A stretch of 64,000 nt of DNA, taken from Octopus bimaculoides. Lineage: Eukaryota. The stretch lies in the NCBI RefSeq assembly GCF_001194135.2, contig NC_069003.1, forward strand, positions 36,497,355 to 36,561,354, in the 5' to 3' direction. A program made the translations under genes and the position numbers. Shown here piece after piece: positions 13,483-25,474 of this stretch (positions within the stretch are counted from its first letter, which is position 1; every line of letters begins with the position of its first letter). The notes under the pieces were generated by a model. The model saw only the letters and a list, made by a program, of their open reading frames with translations. It was not told the origin of the DNA and searched no databases.

Positions 13483-13877
13483 GTTGTTGTTGTTGTTGGC
13501 ACTCCGTCGCTTACGACGTCGAGGGTTCCAGTTGATCCGATCAACGGAACAGCCTGCTCATGAAATTAACGTGCAAGTGGCTGAACAATCCACAGACACG
13601 TGTACCCTTAACGTAGTTCTCGAGGGATATTCAGCGTGACACAGTGTGGCAAGGCTGACCCTTTGAATTACAGGCACAACAGAAATAGGAAGTAAGAGTG
13701 AGAGAAAATTGTGGTGGAAGAGTACAGCAGGGTTCGTCACCATCCCCTGCCGGAGCCTCGTGGGGCTTTTAGGTATTTTCGCTCAATAAACACTCACAAC
13801 GCCCGGTCTGGGAATCGAAACCGCGATCCTATGACCGCGAGTCCGCTGCCCTAACCACTGGGCCATTGCGCCTCCAC
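13483..13877 (-). mobile_element. Full-length young tRNA-derived SINE with (CAA)n tail and 10-bp TSD
   Basis: Minus strand starts gtggaggcgcaatggcccagtggttagggcagcgg...ggtttcgattccc (A and B boxes) and ends in (caa)n; tataaacttt is duplicated at 13473-13482 and 13878-13887. Confidence 0.92.
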
Positions 13878-14284
13878 TATAAACTTTACAAATGATGTGA
13901 AAAGAAAATTGAAAGAAGAAAGGTTTTATTGAAAAGTTGAAACCAGTTGATTTGATATTGATTTGGAAATAATGTTCACATGAAAAGAAAAGAGTATAAT
14001 CCTGCAAGAGTTATCTCCTTTCAATCATTCCATAGTGGTGTTGGTTGCAGCGACTAAATAAAGGGATCCCTTTTAATATGCCCCCAGATGTAAATAATTG
14101 TTTTATAGATATTCACCCAGATATGACTGTTATTATATTGAAATTTCTCAAGATAATTATTCCAAAAGCATTAAAGAATTCATGAAAAGAGAAGAACAAA
14201 AACAAAAATAGTGAAATTCCAGTTTTGTTGGTTTTGATATAACATTTGTTTTCTGTACGTAATTTTACAAACTGTGAACCATAT

Positions 14285-14600
14285 AGACACACACACACAC
14301 ACACATATATATGCATGCATGTGTGTATGTATATGTTATATATATATATAAGATTATATATATGTAGATATATATATTCACACACACACACATGCACACC
14401 CATACTCATATTTCTGTCAATATATACATATTTAAATCTATGTATGTATGTATATGTGTTAATATATATATATATATATATATGCATGTATAGGTTGGTT
14501 TGTATGTGTTTGTTTCTTTATATGTATGTATTCATTATATATATGTGTGTGTGTGTGTATACATACACACATGCAAATGTCTCACACATACACACATCCT
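14285..14600. repeat. Compound (CA)/(TA)/(TG)/(TATG) microsatellite tract
   Basis: Visible directly; similar tracts at about 22830-22890, 41095-41190, 47160-47240, 49195-49290, 52085-52300, 61920-62000 and 63935-64000. Confidence 0.95.
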
Positions 14601-15109
14601 ATTAGTATCTCTTCTTTCTTCTCTTTAAACATCACCAGATCCACCATTTGAGATATTTTGCTAATGAATCTTAACATTGCTAATTAGCTGTAGCCTTCTC
14701 TGATATCAAGGAAATGAATTAAGTGTGCAATTAAAAGAGGTTAACGAGAGAACAATTAAGTCCATTTCAAATGGTAACATCCGTGAAGTATTTACTCCAA
14801 TGAAGTTAATAAACTGTAACATCTCTAACGAGGCTCAGTTAATTTTTTAATCAAGTGGCAAATCTTTACCTTTAACTTCAACAGTTACACAAAGAAAATT
14901 GCATGCAGCTCCACTTCACACGCTCTAATTTTATGATTAAAAGCATTCCAACTATGGCCATCCAAATGAGTATTTTAGAGATATCTAGGGCTTCATTATT
15001 GAGAAGTGTTGCTTTCTTTTCTTTTTTAAGCTGTTGGTATAGAGATCAGAGTGAATTTGTTTGGCATCTCTAAATGGCTGAATTCTGTCGGCCTCAATTT
15101 CTGGCTTTA

Positions 15110-15455
15110 ATAGAAGACATCACCTGACAAGGTCCATGAAATGGATGAAAACCAAGACAGTTTGGCCATGGCTGGCCAGCTGGAGGGCTGCACCAGATTC
15201 CAGTCTGATTTGGCAGGGTTTCTGCAGATGGATGCCTTTCCTAACATCAACCACTCCGAAAGTGTAACGGTTGCTTTTATGTGCCACCAGTTTCTGCCAC
15301 GACTATGATTTCCTTTGGCTTGGTGGATCTTCCTTCTCAAGCACAGCATATTACCGAAGGTTTCAGTCATTTGTCATTGCCTCCGTGAGGCCCAACGCTT
15401 CAAAGGTGCTTTTATGTGCCACTGGCAGAGGTGCTAGTTACGCGACACAGGCAGA
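15110..15455 (-). mobile_element. SINE with RTE-like (GAT)n 3' tail family, degenerate
   Basis: ggctgcaccag...ctgatttggcagggtttct..ggatgcctttcctaa block; related copies at about 19680-19800, 27865-28060, 46915-47160, 59995-60190 (same orientation) and 38620-38895 (opposite). Confidence 0.8.
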
Positions 15456-16038
15456 ATAATACTGAAATATTGATGTCAATGCTATAGCATTACTAGTATT
15501 TTGATGCCAATTTACCGGAGACCATTCCTCATTTCTGTTTTAAAGCTGCTGCCACAGACATCATTATTTTAATGCCTGTATCTACATGCTTACGAGGGTC
15601 AAACAGAATTCATTGAGGCAGATTTTCTACAGCCAGATGCCCTTTCTGTCACCAACCTTCACCTGTTCCAAAGTAAGGTAATATATCTCCATGGCCAGAT
15701 AATGCTTTTCCAAGGATTATTTGAAAAAACATTTATATAAGAGAAAAAGCTAATGATAACTGAAAGCTACAGACGTCTCTGGTCTTTTTGTCTGTTTATG
15801 TGTGATGTAGTGAGCATCACTACATGAATGCGAGTTGTTCTAACAGCAGCTGCTGTAACACACAAGCACACCCATACACTCAGTAGATATATTAAGAAAG
15901 GTCAAGACTTATGTAAAGAAATCTTTATTTCTCTTTTTTTAAATACTTTTTCAATAAAAAGAAAAAAAAAACAAAACAGTTCATCTTGAATAAATGAATT
16001 AAAATCTATTTGAATAATAAATATTCAATAAAGATTCT

Positions 16039-19000
16039 TCAAAATCGTTGAATTACAGTGTCCCATTCTTCAACAGGCCAGACTCCATTGTCATGAACAT
16101 TCGAAGGGCTTTTTTTCCAATCCCATTCTTTAACTGGTTTGAACCAGTCTTTACCATAATTCGCTGTAATATAAGATAGTGTGTCACAGGGAACTCGAAT
16201 CCACAGGTCTAAAAACTCACTCCAGCAGAGAGTAAATCTAGAAAATATGTACCTATAAAACAGAGCAAGGTTTCATTACATACACAGCAATGCATCAGAA
16301 TTAAGTGATGTGGTTAATTAGAATGATAAATAAAACTTACTTAAGTTTCTTTCCAGTCTTGGCCTGTGTACCACCATTCCACATATATTTTGGGGTGTCA
16401 TAAAAGAAAAATATGTCTAATTTGATGTCCCCTGCAGCAAATGATAACTCAAAGCTATCAGATACCTAAAAATAAAGAAAACTCATTGATTAGTCAATAT
16501 TATTAATTAATATTGATTAGTCAATATTAATATTGATTAGTCAATATTATTAAAAATAAACAGCATTTCCATAATATTTTGGTAGTATGAATAGAAGAAG
16601 TCTGTTCATACTTACTTTACCAAACATGAGTTTGAGAACAAAACCATTTTCTTGGAATGTTGGAATCAACTGTGGATTGTAATCCTTTATCCAAATGCCA
16701 ATGTCTACATCTTTACTATGAGGAATTATACCACATTGTCGGAACCAACCTGAAAGACAAGTGAAATAAAGTTCAAGAAACCAAGAACTGTTTAAATGGT
16801 AAAGAAAGATCAGTGACTAAAACAAACACCCGAATCCTGACAATTTATGTGCTTTTAATGAGATTTAACATTTATTCTTAAACAAAAGTTTGGATTCAGG
16901 GTATTTCAATATTTGTGTGAATTGTGGAAATGATTTTAATCACCAGGCAATTTTGGTAATGAGAATAGTTTGATGAAAATGCAAAAGAAAATGGTTTACC
17001 CAAACATGTTCCACTACTGAGCCAAAATCTGATTTCCAAACTGTCTAAAAGATGTTTGGTTTTAGCTAACACCTGACGAGCTTTCCTCTGGAACTTTTGG
17101 CTTGCTTCTGAGTTGTCTAATCCATACATAGCCACAAATTTCCTGGCACGTGTGCTATTGCATTCAATAAATCTCGAATGAAGAATTTGTTTTAAGAATT
17201 GTTCAGGAGGCTGAGGAACGTAGACAGTCATATTGTCAACCTGGGCTTCATCCAATTCAAACCTGAAACAAACCAAGAAATGTTCAAACTGATTCCATGA
17301 GAATTTGCAGACATTTTGTGCACAGGACAAACTATTCTATAACAATTAAACAATGTTATACTGCATAAGTCAACTGTTTATAAGGACAGAGTACAGTTGA
17401 TTCAGTCAACCCAAATATATCACTGGTATTTATTTTATGGCAGTAGCAGATAAGAATGGCATTATTAGCCCTGATAAGATTGGAAATAACATAATATTGA
17501 AACAAATTTATTCAAGCATTCAACTATTTGTACAAAGTTGTTTGTTTTCACTAATGTTGAAATGATGTTGATAAAGAAACTGTGACTCACTTTTCATATG
17601 CTCCAGCATGAACCCCATAAACGATGTCACCATGAGCTTTTGATGGCAGCACACTGTTGAGTCTTGAAAGAGGATTAATTGCTCCATGCCAGAAGTAACT
17701 ACCAAGCCGAATGTGGAACATAACAACTTGAATAACAGTGTGGCGTTCGGTGTTCCGTGGATACAAAAAGAAATGAGTTGGGATGGTGTCATGACGGAAA
17801 CGTGGATCTGCTTGTTTAATACTATGGATGAAGAAATCACTTATTAACATTTGAGTAATACCCTGGGGGAAAAAAGGGGAAGAAGGAAAAAAATAATTAA
17901 ATAACATCCAAACCAATTTTGAAATTAAACATTAATATTACATTTACTGGTAGAAACTGAATAAAGTTGGTGTGGTGGGGAGAGAGGAGTTTGTATGTCT
18001 TTAGTAGTTTGCTTTATAATAAATTAATAAATTCAAGAAATGGGTGAATTTTCTAAATGTAACATTTTTCACACACACACCATGAACAGTAATATCACTG
18101 CCATTCACACGGTTTATACAGGCCTTAAAAAACCCACTTTTAAGATAAAACAAGTAGCAAGAACTCACTGGCTCAACATTTCATGTAAATAAGAAGAAAA
18201 AAAAACACAACAAAACAAAATATATAAATCAGGTCAATTATATATCATTAATCATGCTGAAACAGTTACAAACCACAACATCAGAGAACAACCGTTTCCT
18301 CCTCCTCCTCCTCCTTCATTAATTGTTGCCAATATTCTGAGAATATACAAATAATTAAATAAACTAAAATAGCTCGTTATCAATATTTTATTTTCCCTGA
18401 AGATGGTAGGCTGGCAGAATCGTTAGCACACGGGTCAAAATGCTTGCAGATGGCACGAAGATAAATTCTTATCATATTCTTTTCCTTGCTCACATTCTTC
18501 TTATTTTTGTAAACTGATGCTCAAATGTTTTGGAGAGCTTTAGTGAACAGGTAGACTTTCAGCCATTTCTGTCATCCCCTGCCAATTTTAAATAACAAGA
18601 GAAATGAGACGACGGACCACCGAAGGTAGTAATAAGCCATAAATACCTGACTGTCCCAGTACTTAAAGTTGACTCCAAAAGTAACATGTCGCCGACAGTT
18701 CAACTGACAGTTGTAGTTAATAGAAACTGGAGATGCTTTATCGGGACTGAGGCTGCTCAAAATATCGGCATCGAGTAAGAAGACTGGAATTTTCAGCTCA
18801 GCACAAACACTAAGAAACACTTTTGCAACATCCTGTGAAATAGAATCTTATTATTAACTGTGGTTATATAATGTTGACTTCAATACAGTTCTTTAAAATG
18901 AAATCTTGATAAACAGCAAGAGTAAACAATAAAAATGGTTTCCTTTCACAAGACACCAATCTGTTTTTTGCAAAAGAACTATTTAATTAAGTCATTCTTG

Positions 19001-20675
19001 GTTCATTTCAACGATTTCTATGCAGGACGAAGAAGAAAAAAATCTTGATTTCAGTGACATTTTAATGTAGACATGTAGAGAAGTAGACTAGATATTGTAA
19101 AACAGACATGACTACAATACAGCAGGCTGCAGCATGACTGATGACTATTATAAACACACACACATTTGTGTCATGCTTGACTTTGTCCTCAAACATTCTC
19201 TTGTTATTCCCAGCAGCTTCTCACTTTTGATGCCACCAAAAGAAAACAATTTTATCGTTAAAGGCATGAAATTGTAAGGATCTTTTGGCTGATAACTGAC
19301 AAAGAATGAATTTTCCATTTGTTCCTTTGTTAGGTTTCTGCTTACATTTTGGAATTCATAATATATGTAAGAATAGTATATGTTAAGTTAATTCTGGATT
19401 TATCGTCTTTTACAGTCTGTCTACTTTTTTAGTATTTCTACAGAAGTAGTAAAAGACTGAAAGGCAAAAAGGGAAGGAATTACAAAGTTGAGATGCTTTT
19501 AGGGGAGAAAATAAAATAAGATACAGAATAGATAAGTATAAAGGATAAAAAGAAAAGTTTAATAAGAAAACATTTCCAGGATATTACAAGATGAAGGAAT
19601 TTGATGGGAGATTAAAACAGTTCAGACAAGAAATAGACCATGTTAGAAAGAAATCTGATACAGCTTTCGTTTATAAGGTGTGTTATGATAACATCATCAT
19701 TTAATATCTATTTTCCATGCTGGCATGGGTTGGATGGTTTGAGAAGAGCTGGTGAACCAGAGGACTGCATCAAACTGCTACGTCTGCTTTGGCATGGTTT
19801 CTATGTGCTTCTGGGATTAGCAGTAAATGATTGATGGGTCAGACAAGGTCGTTTTGTGTCTTGCTTTAATATATTGAGTGAATTATGTGATTAGTATCAT
19901 CCAATAAAAGATGGGGTTTGTTAGGGTGCTGGAAAAGAGGAACAATGACAAGGGATTTGGAGTGGGCCAGGAGGTGGGGTGTAAATATATGATTGCGGCA
20001 TCAAAGAAAATTCAAATCAATTTTAAAGAAAATGGAAGTTAATTTGAAAAACATTAAAAAGATTTATGCTAAAAGAAACATTTCCTATAATTTTTTAAAA
20101 TATTTAATCCTCACCTCTCTTGGAAACTGTGTTTTCTGTACATGATGTTTATCTTCAGATGTATAGATCAGGTTTTCAGAATTTACTGAATTCCGGGTAT
20201 CATCCTACCAATAGCAAACAGACATTTCAAAACTTAACAACAATATTTATTTACAGCAGGGAAGACATATCAGCCATTCAAAGCCACACAAAGGTTTAAC
20301 TTCGATTAAATGTTTATTAGTGTTAAAGTTTTTGTTGCACCAACTGCAGTCTGACCACTTATACTGCAACGGTTGCAGTGGAACTGTGTCAGTGAGAGAA
20401 TCACTAAGTAATTGTCAAATATTTTTACAAGAATAGATGTGAACATTTGGATATTTTAGTGGATAAATCATTGGACAAATGGTTTGTGTATTTCTCCACA
20501 TTAGTAACTGGTTTGGATATTGTAAACTTTGAAAACAGTAAATATAAAGACAACTTTATATTTATAAAGAGAAAAGACTTACACGTTTCCAAAAGATACG
20601 GATGAGAAAAAACTGAAAGAGCAGAAACACTAAACTGAGCCCCACCAAGAGTTTGAAAAGCTGTGGTTTCTTCAT
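16039..20675 (-). CDS. FKTN: Fukutin (ribitol-phosphate transferase, LicD family), complete, about 428 aa
   Basis: Join 20583-20675 ([31 protein letters not shown], type II TM anchor), 18647-18832, 17591-17862, 17000-17262 ([11 protein letters not shown]), 16616-16749 ([18 protein letters not shown]), 16341-16465 (KLDIFFFY...[12 protein letters not shown]), 16039-16252 (FTLCW...VPC...ANYG...WDWKKSP.NV..NGVWP..EWD.VIQ, TGA). All introns are GT-AG with consistent phases; motifs are close to those of vertebrate fukutin. Confidence 0.96.
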
Positions 20676-20794
20676 TGATACACATTAACATGGTTGTCAC
20701 ACGACTTCACACATTTACGGTGGCTGCACGGCTGGAAGATTAATTAAACACCAAAAATTATCAATGTTATAATAACGTACATTCAAACATGGCA

Positions 20795-20918
20795 ATATCA
20801 TTGCATAGATTTCAACATATCATCAACATTATCACAAAGATTCAAACCTCTCAATATTATCACATAGATTTACACATATCCACATTATCACATAGATTTA
20901 CACATATCCACATTATCA
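20795..20918. repeat. 28-bp minisatellite, about 4 copies
   Basis: attatcacatagatttacacatatccac is exact at 20856-20883 and 20884-20911, with degenerate copies upstream. Confidence 0.85.
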
Positions 20919-21149
20919 GATAAAAATACATACAAGGAATTATTGAATACTTAATTTCTGTCAACAACGAAAGAAAACCCCGTGTAATCGTTTCTAATAC
21001 GGGCACAAGGCCTGAAATTTCATGTGTGAGGAGGGGGCGGGGGAGTTGCGTGAATACATCGACCCCCCACCCCACTGTTCAATTGGTACTGATTTTATTG
21101 ATCTCAAAAAGACGAAAGGCAAAATCAACCAACAGGGTTCTTTGAATAG

Positions 21150-21257
21150 CAGGCCTAATGAAAAACGATCTTGAATTCTTTTAGTAGTGCAGCTCGCCCG
21201 ATGATGAGCCATGTGTCAATGTGGTTCGCATCTCGAAAAAAGTTGTCCATGCCTGTT
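21150..21257. mobile_element. hAT (Charlie-like) MITE family copy
   Basis: Ends aaagttgtccatgcctg (TIR caggcatggacaac); internal ttttagtagtgcagctcgcccgatgatgagcc is shared with the 63069-63225 copy. Confidence 0.65.
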
Positions 21258-22201
21258 TCAAATAATCCAGTAGATATAGATTCATTGAGACCAAGAGAAA
21301 AGAAAAGAAAAAAACAAAAGCTGCTGAAGCTTGTTTACAATAAAACAATGTTAAACAAACTAAAGATGTTTAAATAGGGAACAGAATCTTGATAGGACAA
21401 TTACTGTTTACTTTGCCTCTTAGGACTCCACGCCACTAATACAAACCGAAACAAAGAACATTTCATCGTTTCGGTTTTTTTTTTTCAGCTTTGCATTTTA
21501 TTTCAGAATTATTTCGGAAACAGTCAAATTATTCAATAATGCGTGAGTTTGTGTAAATAGATTGAAGTTTTTTTTTTTTTTCATATGATTCGTGAAATTT
21601 AATCAGTAAATAATATAAGGGTCAATTTGATAAACGTGAATCTCTACGGAATAATTTTTCATACAATGAAAGTTACACAATATTTTCAAGAATTGGAGGC
21701 AAAAGCAAATTACCGAATGTACACATTAAAACATAAACAAGAACATAGATGTTCTAGAACAATAAAGGGATCTATTGCAGAATATTCAAGTAAAATGCTG
21801 TCAGGATGAAAACGGTAAAGTATTTACTTTGTCATTTCGAAGGGGCACTTTGCACCAAATAATAATAATAATTATTATTATTATTATGGTAGTTGTCCTC
21901 CTTGTCTTCCGCTCCTATTGTGATATTCCATTGTTTCGATATTTATTCCTTTCTATAGAAAGGAATAAAGCAATCGTTATGATTAGTAGGCTGTCGTTTA
22001 AACATCATCAGAAGAAGGTAACCGCCACCACGACAATAAAAACATTGATTCCAACACATAATTGACGACAAAGCAGATGGAACAGTTGTATAGGAACAGT
22101 CTCAGAATCCAGGAATGGTAGTGGGCAGGTGTATATAATGCCGACACAATTGTTGGCACATGTCAATTGGAAGCAAAATTAATAAATCGCAATGAACTTA
22201 C

Positions 22202-22300
22202 CAAAAGAGCAACAGGGGAAAACAACATCGAAGCCCAACATCCAGAGAAAACAGCCATGTTAACCAAGGGAGATAACTCTAGGTAACTGAGGGAGATAGA
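22202..22300 (-). promoter_or_regulatory. Probable first (leader) exon / promoter-proximal region of FKTN
   Basis: TTG|gtaagt donor at 22201; the FKTN start exon has an upstream acceptor (ttccag| at 20732) and so needs a leader exon; locally CpG-richer DNA. The upper boundary is approximate. Confidence 0.45.
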
Positions 22301-22603
22301 CGACTCAACGAGTACGTTAGATTTGCTAGAAAGTGTAACCAGTACCTCTCGAATTACACTTTACCCATGTTGAGTCAAATTAAGTCGCACGCTCCACTCC
22401 TGGTGGAAAGGCGTATTGGATAATATAAATCAGGGACAAACTACGATAGAAAAACAGATTGGGTAATCATGGCTCGAATTTCTTTGACTAAATCAGCGCC
22501 AAAGCAACAACTATATAATTATCTTACATCTAGCAGATACGCACATGGCGTTAAAACGACTTTTCCAATGACATATTTTAACGTAATTAATTATGATAGA
22601 AGC

Positions 22604-22742
22604 GACGAACTGGCAGAATCGTTATACTACGCTAGGAAAACTGCTTAGCGGCATTTTGTCCGCTTTACGTTCTGACTTCAAATTCCACAGAAGTTGACTT
22701 TGCCTTTCATTCATTAGTGATCGATAAAATAAGTACCAGTTG
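22604..22742 (+). mobile_element. tRNA-derived SINE (gtcgactttgcctttcatcc family)
   Basis: gaactggcagaatcgtta...ttctgacttcaaattcc...gactttgcctttcat...aaaataagtaccagtt; other copies at 30345-30556, 45922-46135, 46150-46340 (+) and 20985-21135, 40300-40520, 56690-56835 (-). Confidence 0.85.
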
Positions 22743-22829
22743 GAAATGAGAAAAAATCCCACAACATAAAAAATATGTGTAATGCTTATTTGTAATTACT
22801 CTTCAATAAAATCTGACAAGCTGCCTCAC

Positions 22830-22865
<36 letters not shown>

Positions 22866-24199
22866 TATATATATATATATACATATATATATCTTCAGAA
22901 ATTTATTTAAATCCCTGTTTCAACAAAAGACGTATCAGACAAAAAAAAAATTTAATGCTTTTTGAAATTTTAATTGTCCCTCACCCCGTCATTTTTAAAA
23001 ACATCTTACAATTTTTTTTTCTTTTAATTTGTTTTACAATTTTGGAAAGAAAATTTTCGTTTCAAAATTTCGAAATTTTTTAATTGCCTCATCTGCTCCC
23101 GTTCTTTCTGTTCTCACAACATTCCATAACTTTTTATACCCAATGCGTGGATACATGCTTAACAACAACTAGCAGATGATACTTGGCACCAACTATGAAG
23201 GAGGGATGCCCCAATGTGGTTGCTGGACATGCTAGAAACAACGGCCAATCCTACTTCAAACGTTTTATAAAATGGATACATTGGACAATGTAGTCCAAGA
23301 TAAACAAAATCATGGGCTAGCTGAACGAAATGCTTTTGATCATAAGACTGTGTTGGTGTCAAGCAACTTTTTTTACGAGCCATCGTTTAAAAGCTTCACT
23401 TTCATGTTTATCATAGTTGCATAATCACAAAAATGAAAGTGAAACTCAAGTTACACCAAAACTTGCGAACTCTCTACAATTCTCTTCTTTTCTAGTTGTA
23501 CTTTTGCCAGTTCACTTCAAGTCTTACCGTTTCTAACCAGTTCCTGTCATATTTCATTGTGTAGTTTTAAATCTCAAAAGTTCTTGCTAAGTTTACATCT
23601 TTTACTTCTAAAGTCTTGTCAAATATCATATCTTACCATTTCCCATCAAATCTTTTCAAAATTTTGTAGTAAACAAGTTCCTAAGTTTCACCAGTCTTCA
23701 TGTAAAATTATGGATTGCCAAATTTCATCCAATAGCAATAATTTTTGCCAGTTCTCTTCAAATTTTGTCATTTCCTGTCAAGTTGCACCGATTTTTGTCA
23801 TGTATTGCCAAATCTTGCTAGTTCTAGCCTGTTATAATTTCATGCACATCTAGAATGCATCATAGGAATATAGATGATTCTAGTATTTAACTGATATTTT
23901 TCATCACCCCCCCCCCCCAATGAAACAAAATTTCTCTTAAAGTATCTGCAGTGATTGTAAAATCTCAACTCAAGTTGTGCCAGTTCTAAGTGATTCTCAA
24001 AATTTTGTCAGTGTTTGTAAAATATCTACACTTCTTGTCAAGTCTCATAAAATCTCACCAGTTCCATCAACTCCTGTTGTTCCCAATCAGTAAAGACATA
24101 AGCCTTCACCCTTAAATGGTATGCTCTAGAGTTAGCATCTATTTTAGCTAGTCTTTTTCTCTCTACAAAGATCTAATCCAATCTTTGGAAATATGTTCT

Positions 24200-24680
24200 C
24201 TTCCGTAGCACCAATTGTTCTCGCTTTCAACACCAGAAAGGTGATCAGCCAGGAACAACACTCTTCACCAATACCTTGGCTCTCTCTCTCTTGCCTTGTT
24301 GAGCATCTGTACAAATTCCAAAGAGCAAACTCTGCCAGGCGGTCCCTGTATTGTCACTTACCAGTTGTCACACATTCCTGCAAAACCAACATCACTGCAC
24401 TTCACATATGCAAAGCCTTTGATCATGTCAGACACGAGCATCTCAAATCTAAGCTGCCTGTCTAGGGGCTCCCAGCCATATCTTTTTTCAAATTGCAGCA
24501 TTCTCATATTACCTCAACTTTTCCTCCTGTACAATAATGAACTGATTGTTGCCACCCACAACCTTTGCTCATTGCACACACACAAGATAGAATGATTCAT
24601 TCCTTTTTAACCCCCTGCACATTGGCATCAATCCACACATGACCTAGAGATACCACATAATCACAAACTACCTCCATAAA
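24200..24680 (+). mobile_element. Decayed non-LTR retrotransposon RT fragment (CR1/L2-like)
   Basis: TNITALHICKAFDHVRHEHLKSKLP resembles the RT motif ALDISKAFDRVWHxxLxxKL. Confidence 0.65.
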
Positions 24681-25215
24681 CGTTGTCGTTGTCGGATTTA
24701 TCTCGTATCCGAGTATTTACTTTCTTCTTTGCTGAACGCCTCCTTTATGGTGATGCTGTTGATGACCAATTCTTGCACAGAAGAGTTGGCAGCATTGACT
24801 GCTGGCAACGTTGGTGAAAGACGAGGTCGATTTTGTCAAGCTTTTCTCTCCTGTCATTTGAGTTCTTCCTTTTCTCTTTTGGTGGCTTCAAAGTTTTTGG
24901 TTCCCATGGTGATGGAACACCACCACTTGGTACAGTCTCAGGCTTGTGTTTCAAATGATTTAGGCTCAATTCCAGTGGCTTTCAGTTGGTCCTTGTATCT
25001 TCCAAGAGGACAACTCTGTGGTCTTTTTCCTGAAGTGAGCTCATTGAATAAGACTTGGTGTGGGAACCTTGATTCTTCCATTTTTGCCACATGTCCTGAC
25101 CATTGACGATGGTGTTTCACGATCAGTGACTCAATACTTTGATTGTTGGCTCTGTCCATGTCTTTGTCACAAAGTGTTCCCATTTGATGTTCAAGATAGA
25201 GCAAAGCTTTTGTTG
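24680..25215 (-). mobile_element. RTE-clade LINE 3' end (ORF2 C-terminus), decayed
   Basis: SIESLIVKHHRQWSGHVAKMEESRFPHQVLFNELTSGKRPQSCPLGRYKDQLK matches RTE/BovB LRWAGHVxRMxxxRLPKxxxYGEL..GKR.xGRPxxRYKD. Confidence 0.85.
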
Positions 25216-25474
25216 ATCATGTTGAAAACAGCATCAAATATTCCAAAAACATAATTTAAGAAAAACATGAAAACTGGAGGATAAAAATTCAAATAAAATA
25301 AGAAGTAAACACACAAAAACCATTTCTAGATTTATCAAAGAAACTTGTTTAAGAGGATTTTATTTGATTTGTAATCAGAAATATAAAAACAGATTTCCAA
25401 TCTCATATTTTATTTTTCATGCTTTTAGGAAAAAAAAAACAAGTCTTTATAAACTCAACAGATAAACCAAACAC

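Noticed and set aside
13800-13877. tRNA-like cloverleaf
   Set aside because: It is the head of a SINE with body, tail and TSD, not a tRNA gene.
14113-14605. Y/I/H/T/V/C-rich ORFs (also 47703-48096, 49062-49466, 52032-52520)
   Set aside because: Translations of dinucleotide microsatellites.
19062-19196. Hydrophobic 44-aa ORF considered as the FKTN TM exon
   Set aside because: No phase-0 donor; the 20583-20675 exon fits fukutin far better.
22202-22258. Resemblance of MAVFSGC...FSP.ALL to the APH-1 N-terminus
   Set aside because: No further APH-1 exons are visible downstream; the similarity is too short.
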